From Hormiphora californensis (Eukaryota; Animalia; Ctenophora), in the NCBI GenBank assembly GCA_020137815.1, contig CM035351.1, forward strand, positions 1,612,001-1,676,000: a DNA stretch of 64,000 bases. The letters are read 5' to 3'. Each line of letters starts with the position of its first letter. Position 1 is the stretch's first letter. Of this stretch, positions 1 through 12,650 are shown piece by piece. The translations under genes and the position numbers were made by a program. Under the pieces are notes generated by a model that was given only the letters and a program-made list of their open reading frames with translations, made no database searches and was not told the origin of the DNA.

Positions 1-251
1 AGTCCCAAGTCAGCTCGTAAACAACATCACAGAAATTTGTCACGATAATATTATGAACTTGTAGTTTTAATCAACTCATTCCCCTCCCTCACACTATATT
101 GTACTTTTTGTAAACCTCGTCCCCATCCCCGACACCAATAACTAACTTCTTCACCTATTATAGCTAACTCCCTCCCCTAGCAAGGCGCCTCTATGAAACC
201 AGCCCCCCACCACACCCCCTAACTCCCTCCCCTATATTGTATAGCGCCTCT

Positions 252-3200
252 ATGAACCCAGCCGGTAGACGGGATCCAGGGGAGAGACCACCCGATGGTA
301 GAGGTATCCCAATGTCAGGACGCCTAACTGAGTTCCCCATTCCTACCACACATGTGGCGGGAAGTGTGCTCCCATCATCCATCATCCGGCCTGACTACCA
401 GTAAGCCCCCTCTCTCTTTCTAAGTTCTCTAACATTTAACTCCACTTACAATATATTTAGGTGGCTGTTCACATCTCTCTCTTTCCAACACATATCTTTT
501 TGTCCACACTCTAACCCCCTAACCCCATTCTCAGTAGTACAACAAGGGGGGTACATGGTGGAGGGGTACCCCAAGCCCAGGCAGGGGTGCAGCGAGGTGG
601 TGCAGCGGGGGCAGCAGGAGCAGGGGCTGGCGGTGAGGGGCAGTATCAGAGATTACGTGTTGACGATGCTTTGTGGTACTTGGACCAGGTTAAAGCCCAG
701 TTTGGGGATCAACCTCACGTGTACAATCAGTTCCTGGATATAATGAAGGAATTCAAGTCACAAAGGTAGATCTAACAAATCACAACAGTATGATATTTAG
801 AAGATGTTTCCCTTGTCTTCCATTATGTATTCTACTGTAACAACACCCTGATCTCCCAATATAGTATCGATACACCTGGTGTTATTACCCGCGTAACACT
901 CCCACCCTCTAGTATTCATACGCCTGGTGTTATTACCCGTGTAACACCCTCCCCTCACCTCTAGTATTGATACGCCTGGTGTTATAACCCGTGTAACACC
1001 CCCCTCACCCTCTAGTATTGATACGCCTGGTGTTATAACCCGTGTAACACCCTCACCCTCTAGTATTGATACGCCTGGTGTTATTACCCGTGTAACACCC
1101 TCACCCTCTAGTATTGATACGCCCGGTGTTATTACCCGTGTAACACCCTCACCCTCTAGTATTGATACGCCTGGTGTTATAACCCGTGTAACACCACCCT
1201 CACCCTCTAGTATTGATACGCCTGGTGTTATTACCCGTGTAACACCCTCCCCTCACCTCTAGTATTGATACGCCTGGTGTTATAACCCGTGTAACACCCT
1301 CCCCTCACCTCTAGTATTGATACGCCTGGTGTTATTACCCGTGTAACACCCTCCCCTCACCTCTAGTATTGATACGCCTGGTGTTATTACCCGTGTAACA
1401 CCCTCCCCTCACCTCTAGTATTGATACGCCTGGTGTTATAACCCGTGTAACACCCTCCCCTCACCTCTAGTATTGATACGCCTGGTGTTATTACCCGTGT
1501 AACACCACCCTCACCCTCTAGTATCGATACGCCGGGTGTTATTACCCGTGTAACACCCTCCCTCCCCTCACCTCTAGTATTGATACGCCTGGTGTTATTA
1601 CCCGTGTAACACCACCCTCACCCTCTAGTATTGATACGCCTGGTGTTATTACCCGTGTAACACCCCCACCCTCTAGTATTGATACGCCTGGTGTTATTAC
1701 CCGTGTAACTCACCCCCCCCCCCCACTCCCATCCTCTAGTATTGATACGCCTGGTGTTATTACCCGTGTAACACCCTCCTCTCACCTCTAGTATTGATAC
1801 GCCTGGTGTTATAACCCGTGTAACACCCTCCCCTCACCTCTAGTATTGATACGCCTGGTGTTATTACCCGTGTAACACCCTCCCCTCACCTCTAGTATCG
1901 ATACGCCTGGTGTTATTACCCGTGTAACACCCTCCCCTCACCTCTAGTATTGATACGCCTGGTGTTATTACCCGTGTAACACCCTCCCCTCACCTCTAGT
2001 ATTGATACGCCTGGTGTTATTACCCGTGTAACACCCCCTCACCCTCTAGTATTGATACGCCTGGTGTTATTACCCGTGTAACACCCTCCCCTCACCTCTA
2101 GTATTGATACGCCTGGTGTTATTACCCGTGTAACACCCTCCCCTCACCTCTAGTATTGATACGCCTGGTGTTATAACCCGTGTAACACCCTCCCGTCACC
2201 TCTAGTATTGATACGCCTGGTGTTATAACACGTGTAACACCCTCCCCTCACCTCTAGTATTGATACGCCTGGTGTTATTACCCGTGTAACACCCTCCCCT
2301 CACCTCTAGTATCGATACGCCTGGTGTTATTACCCGTGTAACACCCTCCCCTCACCTCTAGTATTGATACGCCTGGTGTTATAACCCGTGTAACACCCTC
2401 CCCTCACCTCTAGTATTGATACGCCTGGTGTTATTACCCGTGTAACACCCTCACCCTCTAGTATTGATACGCCTGGTGTTATTACCCGTGTAACACCCTC
2501 CCCTCACCTCTAGTATTGATACGCCTGGTGTTATTACCCGTGTCTCCATGTTGTTCCGAGGAAGACCCGACCTGATCTCCGGGTTCAATACCTTCCTCCC
2601 TAACGGTTACAAGATAGAGGTCCAGCAGGCGGGGGATCACAGCAAGCAGGCATTCAATGTTACACTTAATATCAGTTCAAATGGAGGTGCTAATGGCCAA
2701 CCTAACAGAGTTTCGGTAGGTTATTAACCCAATATGTGCGAATGTTCCTGGGTTGTGTTCTTTTCTGAATGAGTCCCTCTCTACTGCAGTGGTCCAGAAT
2801 AATATTGACTGTTTCTACACAAACTAATCTAATGGTCCGTATTGTCCCAGTACTTACCAAACTAATCCCTCTCCCCTTTCAGACATATCACATTATGAGT
2901 GACAGGCCGGGAAGCCACACCGTATCAGCTCGTCCCACTCTCATTCCAACTCCCCAGCAACCACCCCACGAGGTGCCCAGACAAACTGCCCACATACCCA
3001 CTACCCACCCCTCACTGACCCCACAGCCACCAAACCACGCGATGTCCAAAAACATGGTAGGTTTTGATGTTTTTAATTCAGCTTTTTCTGTGATATAATT
3101 TCTTGTGACATTTTAAGTTACTCTCTCCAATAGTTCCGAATTATATAGTTCTAAATTTTATGACGCCATGTGACAACTTCCCTCCTCCCCAGATAATACT

Positions 3201-5422
3201 ACCCCATAACGGGGCTCCACCACAACCGGAGTTTAACAAGGCAATGAACTATGTTAATAAGATCAAAACCCGCTTCCAACACGAACCTCAGGTATCTCGG
3301 GGTGATCTCTGATGTATCTGTTAGAATAATTGAACTTCATCGGGAATTGGTTTTTTCCTGATTACACTAGGAGACTAACACACATACATCCAGGTGTATA
3401 AAACCTTCATGGACATACTACACACACTCCAAAAGAGTCAGAAATCATCGGTTAAAGGCTCTTTTGATTCGGATGTGCGACCACCATCAAATAACGACCA
3501 GCCCGTACCTGATCCCAACCTGCCACAGGTTCTCTCTAAGGTGCAGGTACTGTTCAAGGATCAACCTGACTTGTTGAAGGATTTCACCCAGTTCTCCCGA
3601 GTACCAGTCCGTATCAGCCCATCTTGATCTACAGGATGTCAAAAACTTTGCCCTATCTAACGGCCCTGAAGGTAGGTCTAGCTTTATCTTACTATCTTTA
3701 TCTTACTATCCAAGAGATAGGTGTAGCCTTTTTTCCGGTCCTGGATGAATGTGACTGACAGCTGTGTAGAAGAAATTATGTGTTGGTTTGCTGTTATCCC
3801 AGTAACACCTTTCTCTCTCAGTTGGGGACGTGAAGCCGGTTATAGCGCCCCCGTTACCTCCCCCAACCACCACCACCACCACCCCAGCACCACCACCCCC
3901 TCCACCGGAGCCCAAGATGGTTATCCACTCAGAACAGGACTTCTTTGAGAAAGTGAAGAAGGCACTCAAGAGTCAGGAAGTTTATGATAACTTCCTCCGG
4001 TACGTGATATTTCTTGCCTTGCTCGACCCTGTTTCACCTTGCCCCGCACGGAGGGTTAAAGGAGGGTTAGAAAATATCAAGTGGTTTCTAATATCGTACT
4101 TCTAACGTCCTCTTTCTTTTTTATGTTCTAACTCTGCTTTTAACAGCATTTGTGACAAAGTGTCGAGCTATTAACTAACCCTCCCCCACCTCCTCAGATG
4201 TATTGTTCTATACAACGAGGAGACTCTGAGTCCCTCTGACATCGTCCACATTGTGGTTCACTTTATTGGCAAGTTCCCTGAGCTGTTCGCGTGGTTCAAG
4301 AACTCCGTCGGCTACAAAGACGCCACCCCAACGGACCAGGGCAGGAAGAACAGGATGGGGGAGTTGGAGATTAACTATGCTAGTTGTAAAAGATACGGTG
4401 CATCGTACCGTGCCCACCCTGCTAACTACGTGCCTCCCCGCTGTATGGGCAGAACTGATCTCTGTAAACAGGTACACAATTAATTGTTACATGTTCTTAG
4501 TGGTTGATGTAACCTAGCTTCACGAGATGTTGGAATAATCATCCTATTTCAGCAATTATTCCCCCTACCTGCTACCATGTTCCTAGAGCCCCATCACTAC
4601 CCTTGTATTATTTCTACTTGTATTATCAGGTGCTAAATGACACGTGGCGCTCCTATCCGTGTTGGTCGGAGGACAGCACTTTCAGTGGGTCCAAGAAGAC
4701 TCAATACGAGGAGTACATCAACAAATGTGATGATGAGAGGTAGGTTTTTTGGATTACTTAGCCACACGCTGAGCAAACCGCGTATCGCCCGGGTATAATA
4801 GGTGACTATGGCGCTAAGCTATGAGACAGTGGGGAACATGTTTGGTACCTGGTGTTATTAGTAATCATTTTATGTTGAGACTGGTATCTTGTTTAACAGT
4901 AACATTCTTTCTAAGGTTTGAGTTAGACGTTGTCATCGAAACTAATTTGACGTGTATTAAACAACTGGAGGCTGTCCAGAAAAAGATGGCTAAACAATCC
5001 CCAGAAGGTAACAATCTCCCGCAATATAATAACAATCAGATAGTTCTCTAAATGATCTCCCTAGATAATTATCTATCACCATTGTCTACAGAAGATATGG
5101 CCTCAACAATACTCCCGCTCCTTTATGTACACAGCTTGCCTAACTCCTATCCCGCCCCCTTCAGAGGCAGCTAGATTCAGACTAGACAACAAACTAGGCG
5201 GAACTAGTGAGGTGATTGGTCGTCAGGCAATCCGCAGAATATACGGAGAGAAGTACGGTGGGATAGTGGATGGACTGAAGAAATCTCCACAAGCAGTCAT
5301 TCCCATTGTGTTGAAAAGGTTGGTAGAATATTGTATTATATCAGTGGCAGTGAATTTTATTATCGTATGACAATTTATCTAATCTCTCCACCATCTCTAT
5401 CTCTCTCACTCTCTCACACACA

Positions 5423-5514
<92 letters not shown>

Positions 5515-7732
5515 CTCACTCTCTCTCAGGTTGAAGAGTAAGGACGATGAGTGGTGTGAGGCCAGGAGACAATTCGGGAAGATTTGGAGCGAACAGTACA
5601 AGAAATACCATCTGAAGAGTCTGGACCACCAGAGTGCTTCCTTTAAACAGACCGATGTTAAATCTATCAGATCTAAAAACCTAGTAACTGAGGTAAAATG
5701 GGGGCACATTGAGTCTGATACAAATTTCAACTAAACCCTTTTCTCTGTATGTAGATACAAATTCTAACTAAACCCTTTTTAATTCCTCTCCACTGATTCT
5801 AACTAAACCCTTTTTAATTCCTCTCCACTGATTCTAACTAAACCCTTTTTAATTCCTCTCCACTGATTCTAACTAAACCCTTTCTAATTCCTCTCCACTG
5901 ATTCTAACTAAACCCTTTTCTCTTCAGATAGAGACGTTATACGACGAGAGAATGGAACAGGCAGATAAGAATAATGGAGTGTCCACACCCCACTTAGTTT
6001 ACACACAGCGAGATCACCACGTTTTGGAGGATGCCCGGGCCCTAATTATCCACCACCTCCGCAGACAAAGCCACCTACAGAAGGAAGAGAAAACTAAAGT
6101 GAAGGTTTTCCTAAACAGCTTCCTACAGGATTTCTTCTTTGCTCCTCGTGGTAGGTTCTTACATTTAGTAAACTAAATCCCACTTTACCCCATCATAACC
6201 GACCCACACTCTAGTCTCTAACGTACCAGTAACCAGGACTGTTGCGTAGGCTATAGCCAGTAGCAGTAACCACCACATCTATACCCCAACTATACCCCAC
6301 CCCTCTCCCTCCTCCAGGTGACGTGAGTGAGGATGAGAGTGACGATGCCAGCTCAGAAGAGGACGATGAGACGAGGAGCAGGGGATCCAGGGCATCATCA
6401 GTCAAGGGAGGGACAGGGGGAGGAGGGGGCGGTACAAGGAGATCGGCAAGAAAATCTGAGAAACCTGCAAAAGCAATCAAACTAACACCTACTGATGGAG
6501 ACGCTGTAAGAAACTGTTTTAGTAGTTTAATAATTTAGTTATTTTGTTTCTTAATTCTAAACTGTATAACTATTTTTCGCCAGGCGGACGCATACAATCT
6601 GTTCTATACGAACAACCAGTGGTATGGTTTTCTGCGACAGCACCAGATCTTGTGTGAGAGGTTATTCACCATCAACACCTACAATGCAACTGTTGCGGAA
6701 CAGGAGCTAAAGGATCGGAAATGCAGAAAGGAACCCACGGCTCAAGCCATCAAAATGAGGCAGACAAGTAAGGCGCGGGGTGACTGAGATGTGAGAAGAC
6801 CGACCATGCGCGCCTTGGAAATACACCCGCTCGAGGGAGGGGGCCGCGCGAGAGAAACACAGAAGTATACAACATACCACACCGCCCTGTGGTATACCGA
6901 TGTACACAACAATGTATTCCTTCCAGATCCGCTGCCCGTTGAACATTACTACACCCACTTCCTGAGTCTGGTTAAAGACCTCCTAGACTGTAATATCGAA
7001 CAGTGTGCATACGAGGACAAACTACGGGAAATGTTTGGGGTCAATTCATACATTGCCTTCACACTGGACAAGCTAATCACACATATAGTCCGACAGGTAT
7101 ATCATGACTTTGATTTGTAATCCCCCCTCTTTCTCTCTCAGTTTCTCTTTCTCTCCCTACAACCTCCCTCTTTCTCTGACACCCCAACCTCATAGAGTCA
7201 CACGCTAGTCACGGATGCGGGGTGTAACCAGCTGAAGAATCTGTACACAAAGTTCCGATCTACTGGAGGGGCAGGTGGGAGCCTGGCCACACAACCCTCA
7301 AGGGCTGTACAGGAACAGAGTTATCTAAAGGACTGTGAACAAGCAATGAGCGATGAAAATCTCTACCGAATCTACTTCGTAAGTGAAGGCATGCCATGTG
7401 TTTAGTACTTCTTGTTGTTGCTGTGTGGCTGGTAAATTTGTGATTCTAAACCCTTTCCAGTGTTACTGTAATATCATGTGTATGAATCTAATAACTCCTA
7501 TTTCCAGTACAAGCAAGGATCCAAAATGACGGTAGAGCTGATTGACGGTGAAAACAACGAGGAAACTGAGACAGAGGTTAGTTTATTGGCTACTTGGAGA
7601 TTGGGGGTTGGTGAAGGATGGTGTTTTGGTGATTGATAATAGTCCGAGTTTGAATAATAACATTGTTTTTCTCCACAGGAAAAAGGAGAGGAGAAGGATA
7701 GTGGTATGGAAGTTAACTCTTCAAGCCTGTGA
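252..7732 (+). CDS. SIN3: Paired amphipathic helix corepressor SIN3 (multi-exon; span given)
   Basis: Spliced exons give PAH1 ([19 protein letters not shown]...KEFKSQ|[30 protein letters not shown]), PAH2 ([16 protein letters not shown]), PAH3 ([21 protein letters not shown]), the HDAC-interaction domain (CKRYGASYR...VLNDTW...[15 protein letters not shown]) and the C-terminal domain ([22 protein letters not shown]). Introns are GT-AG; stop TGA at 7730-7732. ATG 252 may not be the true start. One apparent frameshift near 3596. Confidence 0.95.
862..2545 (+). repeat. Tandem array (~33 copies, 48-63 bp, mostly 52 bp) of the SIN3 intron acceptor plus first ~30 nt of the exon
   Basis: Unit is ccctcccctcacctctAG-tattgatacgcctggtgttattacccgtgt-aaca. 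Only the last copy (exon start 2514) continues into coding sequence. Confidence 0.95.
5716..5927 (+). repeat. Intronic ~37-bp tandem repeat containing branch-point-like CTAAC and a pyrimidine tract
   Basis: ttctaactaaacccttttt-aattcctctccactga is repeated about 5 times directly before a SIN3 acceptor. Confidence 0.85.
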
Positions 7733-7964
7733 GACGCAGACAGACACCCTCCTTTAATTGGATACAACTGAAAATACAGCCTTGTGGATAAGGTCGCTGG
7801 AGAGAATGAGAACGAGAGACTAGAGTTAGGTAGAGAAAGATAGAGTTATATAGAGAAAGAGAGAGCGAGGAAAGGAGAGGTAGAGAGACAGAGAGTGAGA
7901 ATTAGATAGAGCGAGAAAGAGAGTGTGAGAAAGAGAGAGGTAGAGAGATATAGTGAGAGAGAAA

Positions 7965-8521
7965 GAGAAATATGGTGAGATTGAGGATGGAAAACACAAG
8001 AACAATTCACAAACATTTAGCAGTACTGATAGTGAATGAATGAAGTGTCACTATTTTGGTGATGTGAAATATTTTATCAATTTTATCTGTCTGAATTGTT
8101 AGTTTAATTTGACAACAAGGCCCTGCAGAATAACAGGTTCTCCACGGCCTTTCTTGGTGACTAAAACACTGCTCTAAGTCAACTGCTGAAAACGGCAATT
8201 AAAGCATAAAATGGACATATATTACACTCATACAATCAAGTGTTTCTTAAATCCCCTATTATTCACCTTTCTCTCCCTCAATGTTTATACTTTTCCCAAA
8301 AACATCAAACGTTAACACAATGATCAATGTCTTGGGTCTTTTGTTTGTCTAAATAGGAGGCCAAATCAGAGTTATCATTCCGCTCACTTTCCGTCTATTT
8401 AGGGAAAAATGTCGCTAGGCAAGGGCCCAACGAGAAGAACAATGTAACATGTTTAATGAAAAATATTTTTTTAAAGATTTAGGACCACTCTTCTCTATAT
8501 CGTCCCCATCTCTCTCACTCC

Positions 8522-8567
<46 letters not shown>

Positions 8568-9129
8568 GCCAGGCATTCCTTTCTTCTCGTTCTCCCAGAG
8601 TCTTCTCCACACACAGCGTGTCCTCGCCCTACGGTGCGTACCGCTTCACCCAATCTTGAGCTGAAAAGGAGGCGTGTGTTGATTGGATCTGTGAGGAGGG
8701 GTGTGTGAGTGTCCGTGTGTAGGTCTCAGATGTCGCGCGCCCATCGCCAAGAAGAGACCCAATAGAAGAGCACCGCGCGCTACGTACATGATACCCTGAA
8801 AGTGATCCACAGCTGTGGCACAAGGTCTACACACATTTGCACATAGCTTGTTTCTACTGATACACAGTCTATAATAGTCTGCTATAATAGTCTACTCAAA
8901 GGTCTATTAGACACACACAGTTACGTTTTAGGGGAGTTTATTTCACTGTTTAATAGTGGCATATTCATTATTCAATGCATAATATACAGTTACTACTACT
9001 TAATTGTGTTTCTCTTCTCGCCAAATTTAGATCAGGTATGATTATTACATACCGGAATCTTTTATTTGGAGTTACACACATTGGCTGAAAGGAAGAAAAT
9101 TGGAAATTTGGAAAGAGAGAACAGAGAGC
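7965..9129. repeat. Copy 1 of a ~1.2-kb direct duplication (copy 2 at ~20363-21518)
   Basis: Near-identical from gagaaatatggtgagattgagg to gagaacagagagc, with scattered substitutions and small indels. Confidence 0.95.
8629..8660 (-). other. Duplicate UBE2N terminal coding exon ([10 protein letters not shown])
   Basis: Identical to 21018-21049 with an intact ttttcAG acceptor. Confidence 0.8.
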
Positions 9130-9169
9130 GGTACTACCCGCATCCTCCATATCCTTAAATCGATAGTGT

Positions 9170-9502
9170 TTACGCAGTGAATACAGAGCGAATGCAGAGT
9201 GAATGCAGAGCGAATGCAGAGTGAATGCAGAGTGAATGCAGAGCGAATGCAGAGTGAATGCAGAGCGAATGCAGAGTGAATGCAGAGTGAATGCAGAGTG
9301 GTTCCAGAGTGAATACGCAGTGAATGCAGAGTGAATACGCAGTGAATACGCAATCATTGGGGGTATCCTACCAGAACTGTTTACGCAGTGAATACAGAGT
9401 GAATACGCAGTGAATACAGAGTGAATACGCAGTGAATGCAGAGCGAATACGCAATCATTGGTAATATCCTACCAGAACTAGAATGCCGTAAATACGCAGT
9501 GA
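9170..9502. repeat. 10-bp tandem repeat (gcagagtgaat / acgcagtgaat), followed by (CTCTCC)n at 9550-9740
   Basis: Direct inspection. The motif aatacgcagtgata recurs at ~18015, on the far side of the Penelope insertion. Confidence 0.85.
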
Positions 9503-10220
9503 TAAAAAAATTGGATATTGTTGCTACAACCCGAAAAAAAGTGGTTTTCTCTCTCCCTCTCCCTCTCCCTCTCCCTCTCCCTCTCCCTCTCCCTCTCCCT
9601 CTCCCTCTCCCTCTCCCTCTCCCTCTCCCTCTCCCTCTCCCTCTCCCTCTCCCTCTCCCTCTCCCTCTCCCTCTCCCTCTCCCTCTCCCTCTCCCTCTCC
9701 CTCTCCCTCTCCCTCTCCCTCTCCCTCTCCCTCTCCCTCTATCTCTATCTCTATACCTCTTTCTCTTTTGACAGAGAATAAGGATCGGTTGATTGTTTAT
9801 TAGCCGCATATCAGTGAGGAAGTTTTGTTTTCTCCTTCCGGCTGGACAAATGAGTAGACGTAGATTTTATTGTAGAATAACGCTATCAATTTCGGCGCAC
9901 AGCACCATCTTCAGGCTATAATATACGGAATATACATGTTAGAAAAACTGTACACATACCAATCGTAAAATAAAAATTACTGGAAAATTCTAAAGCTCAG
10001 CTAATTTAGTGAAATAGTAAAAAGTTGAAAAACTACACGCGGGACTGGAAAAATTATAAAACAAAAAGTAAAGACTAGGAAATAAACGGGGTTTAAATAG
10101 TAAAGAAATAAGATCAGATAGTGAAATAAGATAGGAATCACGCGACTGCTCAAAAAGATATCTAGCTAAAAATACTCAATGACCAATATGGCCGTTAGAA
10201 AATACTAAAAACGGATAATA

Positions 10221-12585
10221 TTAAGAAATAAGGAATCTAGATAGATCAGTCAACTCTTCTTTTAAATTAATAGTAGGCTTCTCTCTGTTAATATAATATG
10301 CTTCTATAATCTTTCTATGTATATAAGATACGTGACTCTGTTGTAATAATCTCAAAAATCAAATCAGGTACTGTCTTATTATGAAACTGTTTATAGTGCA
10401 CTGCGAGTGCCATCTCCGAGTAAGATTTCAACGTAGGGGAGGTGGCATACCGGAGATGTTCTCCAAAGCGGTCTTTAGCTGTTCTCCCCGTTTCCCCGAT
10501 GTAGATCTCTTTACAGATGTTACAGGTAATCCGGTATACTGGAGCAGTCACCTGGCAGTTCCTCTCCCCCTCTAGCCGTGGACATATTTTACATGATCTC
10601 CCCCCACAGTAAGCTGCTCCATTGTCAAGGGGCCGTGAGCTACAGAAGATGTTACGTAGCTTGGTACCTGGAGTAAATACTGTTTTGATAGGAAGAGAGC
10701 GGCTAGAGATAAACTTCTGGATCGATAATGAAAATGATTCAGAGATGTAAGGCAGTTTCAAAATAACACAGTCCTCCACCTGCTGCTTCTGACCCTGGTA
10801 CAAACGACAGCTCTGTTGTTGTGCGAACTGACGAGGGTTCTGGTACCCATTAGCAATCAGCAGGTTGTCCACTATTCTCAGGGATGCCTCCTCTTGTTCC
10901 GAATCTGATGCACTTAGCCTCGCTGTGGCGTAGAAATTACGGACAGTTTGGATTTTAGTGGAAATAGGGTGGTGACTGTTCGCGTGCAGTGTGATATTCT
11001 TGCGAGCCTCCTTGCGGTAGAAACGCGTCTGCACCTCCCCAGATTCGGTGACCCGGATGTTAGTACCCAAGAAAGGTACAAAGTCATCACCCTCTGGAAA
11101 GTCAACCTCCCATTTGATAAGATGGTCCGGATCCTGCTCACCTATCTTATCAAAGAAACACACTGCCTCCTCTCTCGTATAACATACGGTACAGGCATCA
11201 TCAATGTACCGCCCATATAGAATAGGCAAGTACGATACGTCGGTGTAGAGGGTGGCTCTCTCGAACATAAAAACTCTCACCACTGCTGCTATGGGACTAG
11301 GGGCACATCCCATGAATAGCCCCCGGAGTTGTTTGTAGAGACGCCCATCATACGTAAAGAATGAACTCTCCAGTACCAGATCTAGACACTCATGGACATC
11401 TACCAACTCTAGACCCCTTAGGTTCAAGACGTCCAAGTGTTCCTCGGCAAAAGATACCAAGGACGATATACATGCCTGTATGTTCAGGTTGGTGTAGAGG
11501 GCACTGATATCTCCACTGCAAAACTTCTTACCACGGAGAACCTCTGGTGACAGATCTCTGAGCCATTGTAGATGAGTATGGATGTTTTTCAGGTGTGGAG
11601 AGACCTCATCAAGCAATGGACTCAGGATGGAGGTTATTAACCAGGCTAGTTTAGCGGTGGGTGAGCCAATACAGGATACTATGGGACGTACCTTGCATGT
11701 AGATAAGAACTGATCCGGTGATACTATCTGACTAGCGTCGAATTTGTGCGTCTTAATCAGAATGTACATGCACGGTAACCTGGATTGAGTAGTGTGGAGT
11801 GCCAAGATCATGTCCTTACCCATTTTCCTCCGTATGACGATCTGCTCCCACAGGTTGTTACATTTGCTCTGGAGGGTTTGGGTCATGTTGGTTATCTGGG
11901 TTAGGTATGTGACAGGTGTCGGTTTTGCAACCAACACCTGGCTACCAGCGTAGTTTCGGGTCGGCTGGACTAGCTGGTACACCCCAACTGAGCTGTCCAG
12001 GTGTAGTTTGGTTAGCTCATGTTGTATATCCCTGGGGGTGACCACAAACTCTCCCCCCTTGTCGGACACTGAGATGTGTAGTTCAGACTTCTTGGCTCTC
12101 AGAGATCTGAGGCCAGCGGCCTGCTGGTTAGATAGGTTGAACGGTACCCGGCAGGTTGACAGGAGTCGTGTGGCCAGCTGTTGCAAGTTGCGTAGATCGT
12201 CCTCTATTTGGCAATTGGAGACGGGGGGTGGTTTAAGATGACGCTTACCAATTGGAGCCCCCTCACTCCGCCATGACTGAATCTGTGTGCATACTGTGGG
12301 CCTCTCCTCTGTGGCAACTTTCCATCTAAGTCTATACGCGGTCGCTGCGATCTCATGGTTAACCTGCTGATGGAGCTTCTCATCTACTCGAGTGGACAGA
12401 GAGAAATTAGGACCTAGGTCTAATAGCGACTTCTCATCATCCGAAAGCTCTTCCAGAATCGGGGTGGTACGATTCTCCATCAGGACACTAGGTTCCACTG
12501 GATCGGTACATGCGGCAGGGTGCTCAGTGTAATAGACAGGGGTGGCGGGAGGTGCACTTTGCAAGTGGAGCTGGTGGGCATACTT
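10221..12585 (-). pseudogene. 5'-truncated Penelope RT/GIY-YIG ORF (inverted copy)
   Basis: 749-aa ORF matching the + copy from residue ~157. A 4-bp insertion near 10320 causes a premature stop. Confidence 0.9.
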
Positions 12586-12607
12586 TCTAACATGTATATT
12601 CCGTATA

Positions 12608-12650
12608 TTATAGCCTGAAGATGGTGCTGTGCGCCGAAATTGATAGCGTT
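12608..12650 (+). ncRNA. Minimal hammerhead ribozyme core in Penelope pLTR (copies at ~17888-17930 on + and ~9880-9922 on -)
   Basis: CTGAAGA, stem II (ggtgc-tgt-gcgcc), GAAA, ttga, TA. Minimal hammerheads are a known feature of PLE pLTRs. Stems I and III are weak. Confidence 0.7.

Noticed and set aside
862-2545. CRISPR-like array (conserved hairpin repeat with short variable spacers)
   Set aside because: The spacers are C-rich variants of one pyrimidine tract, the repeat is SIN3 exon sequence, there are no cas genes, and the context is eukaryotic.
7498-7796. Alternative UBE2N last exon (ATLSTRLY...) on the minus strand
   Set aside because: It lacks the conserved Trp and runs antisense through SIN3 exons; [10 protein letters not shown] at 21049-21018 fits much better.
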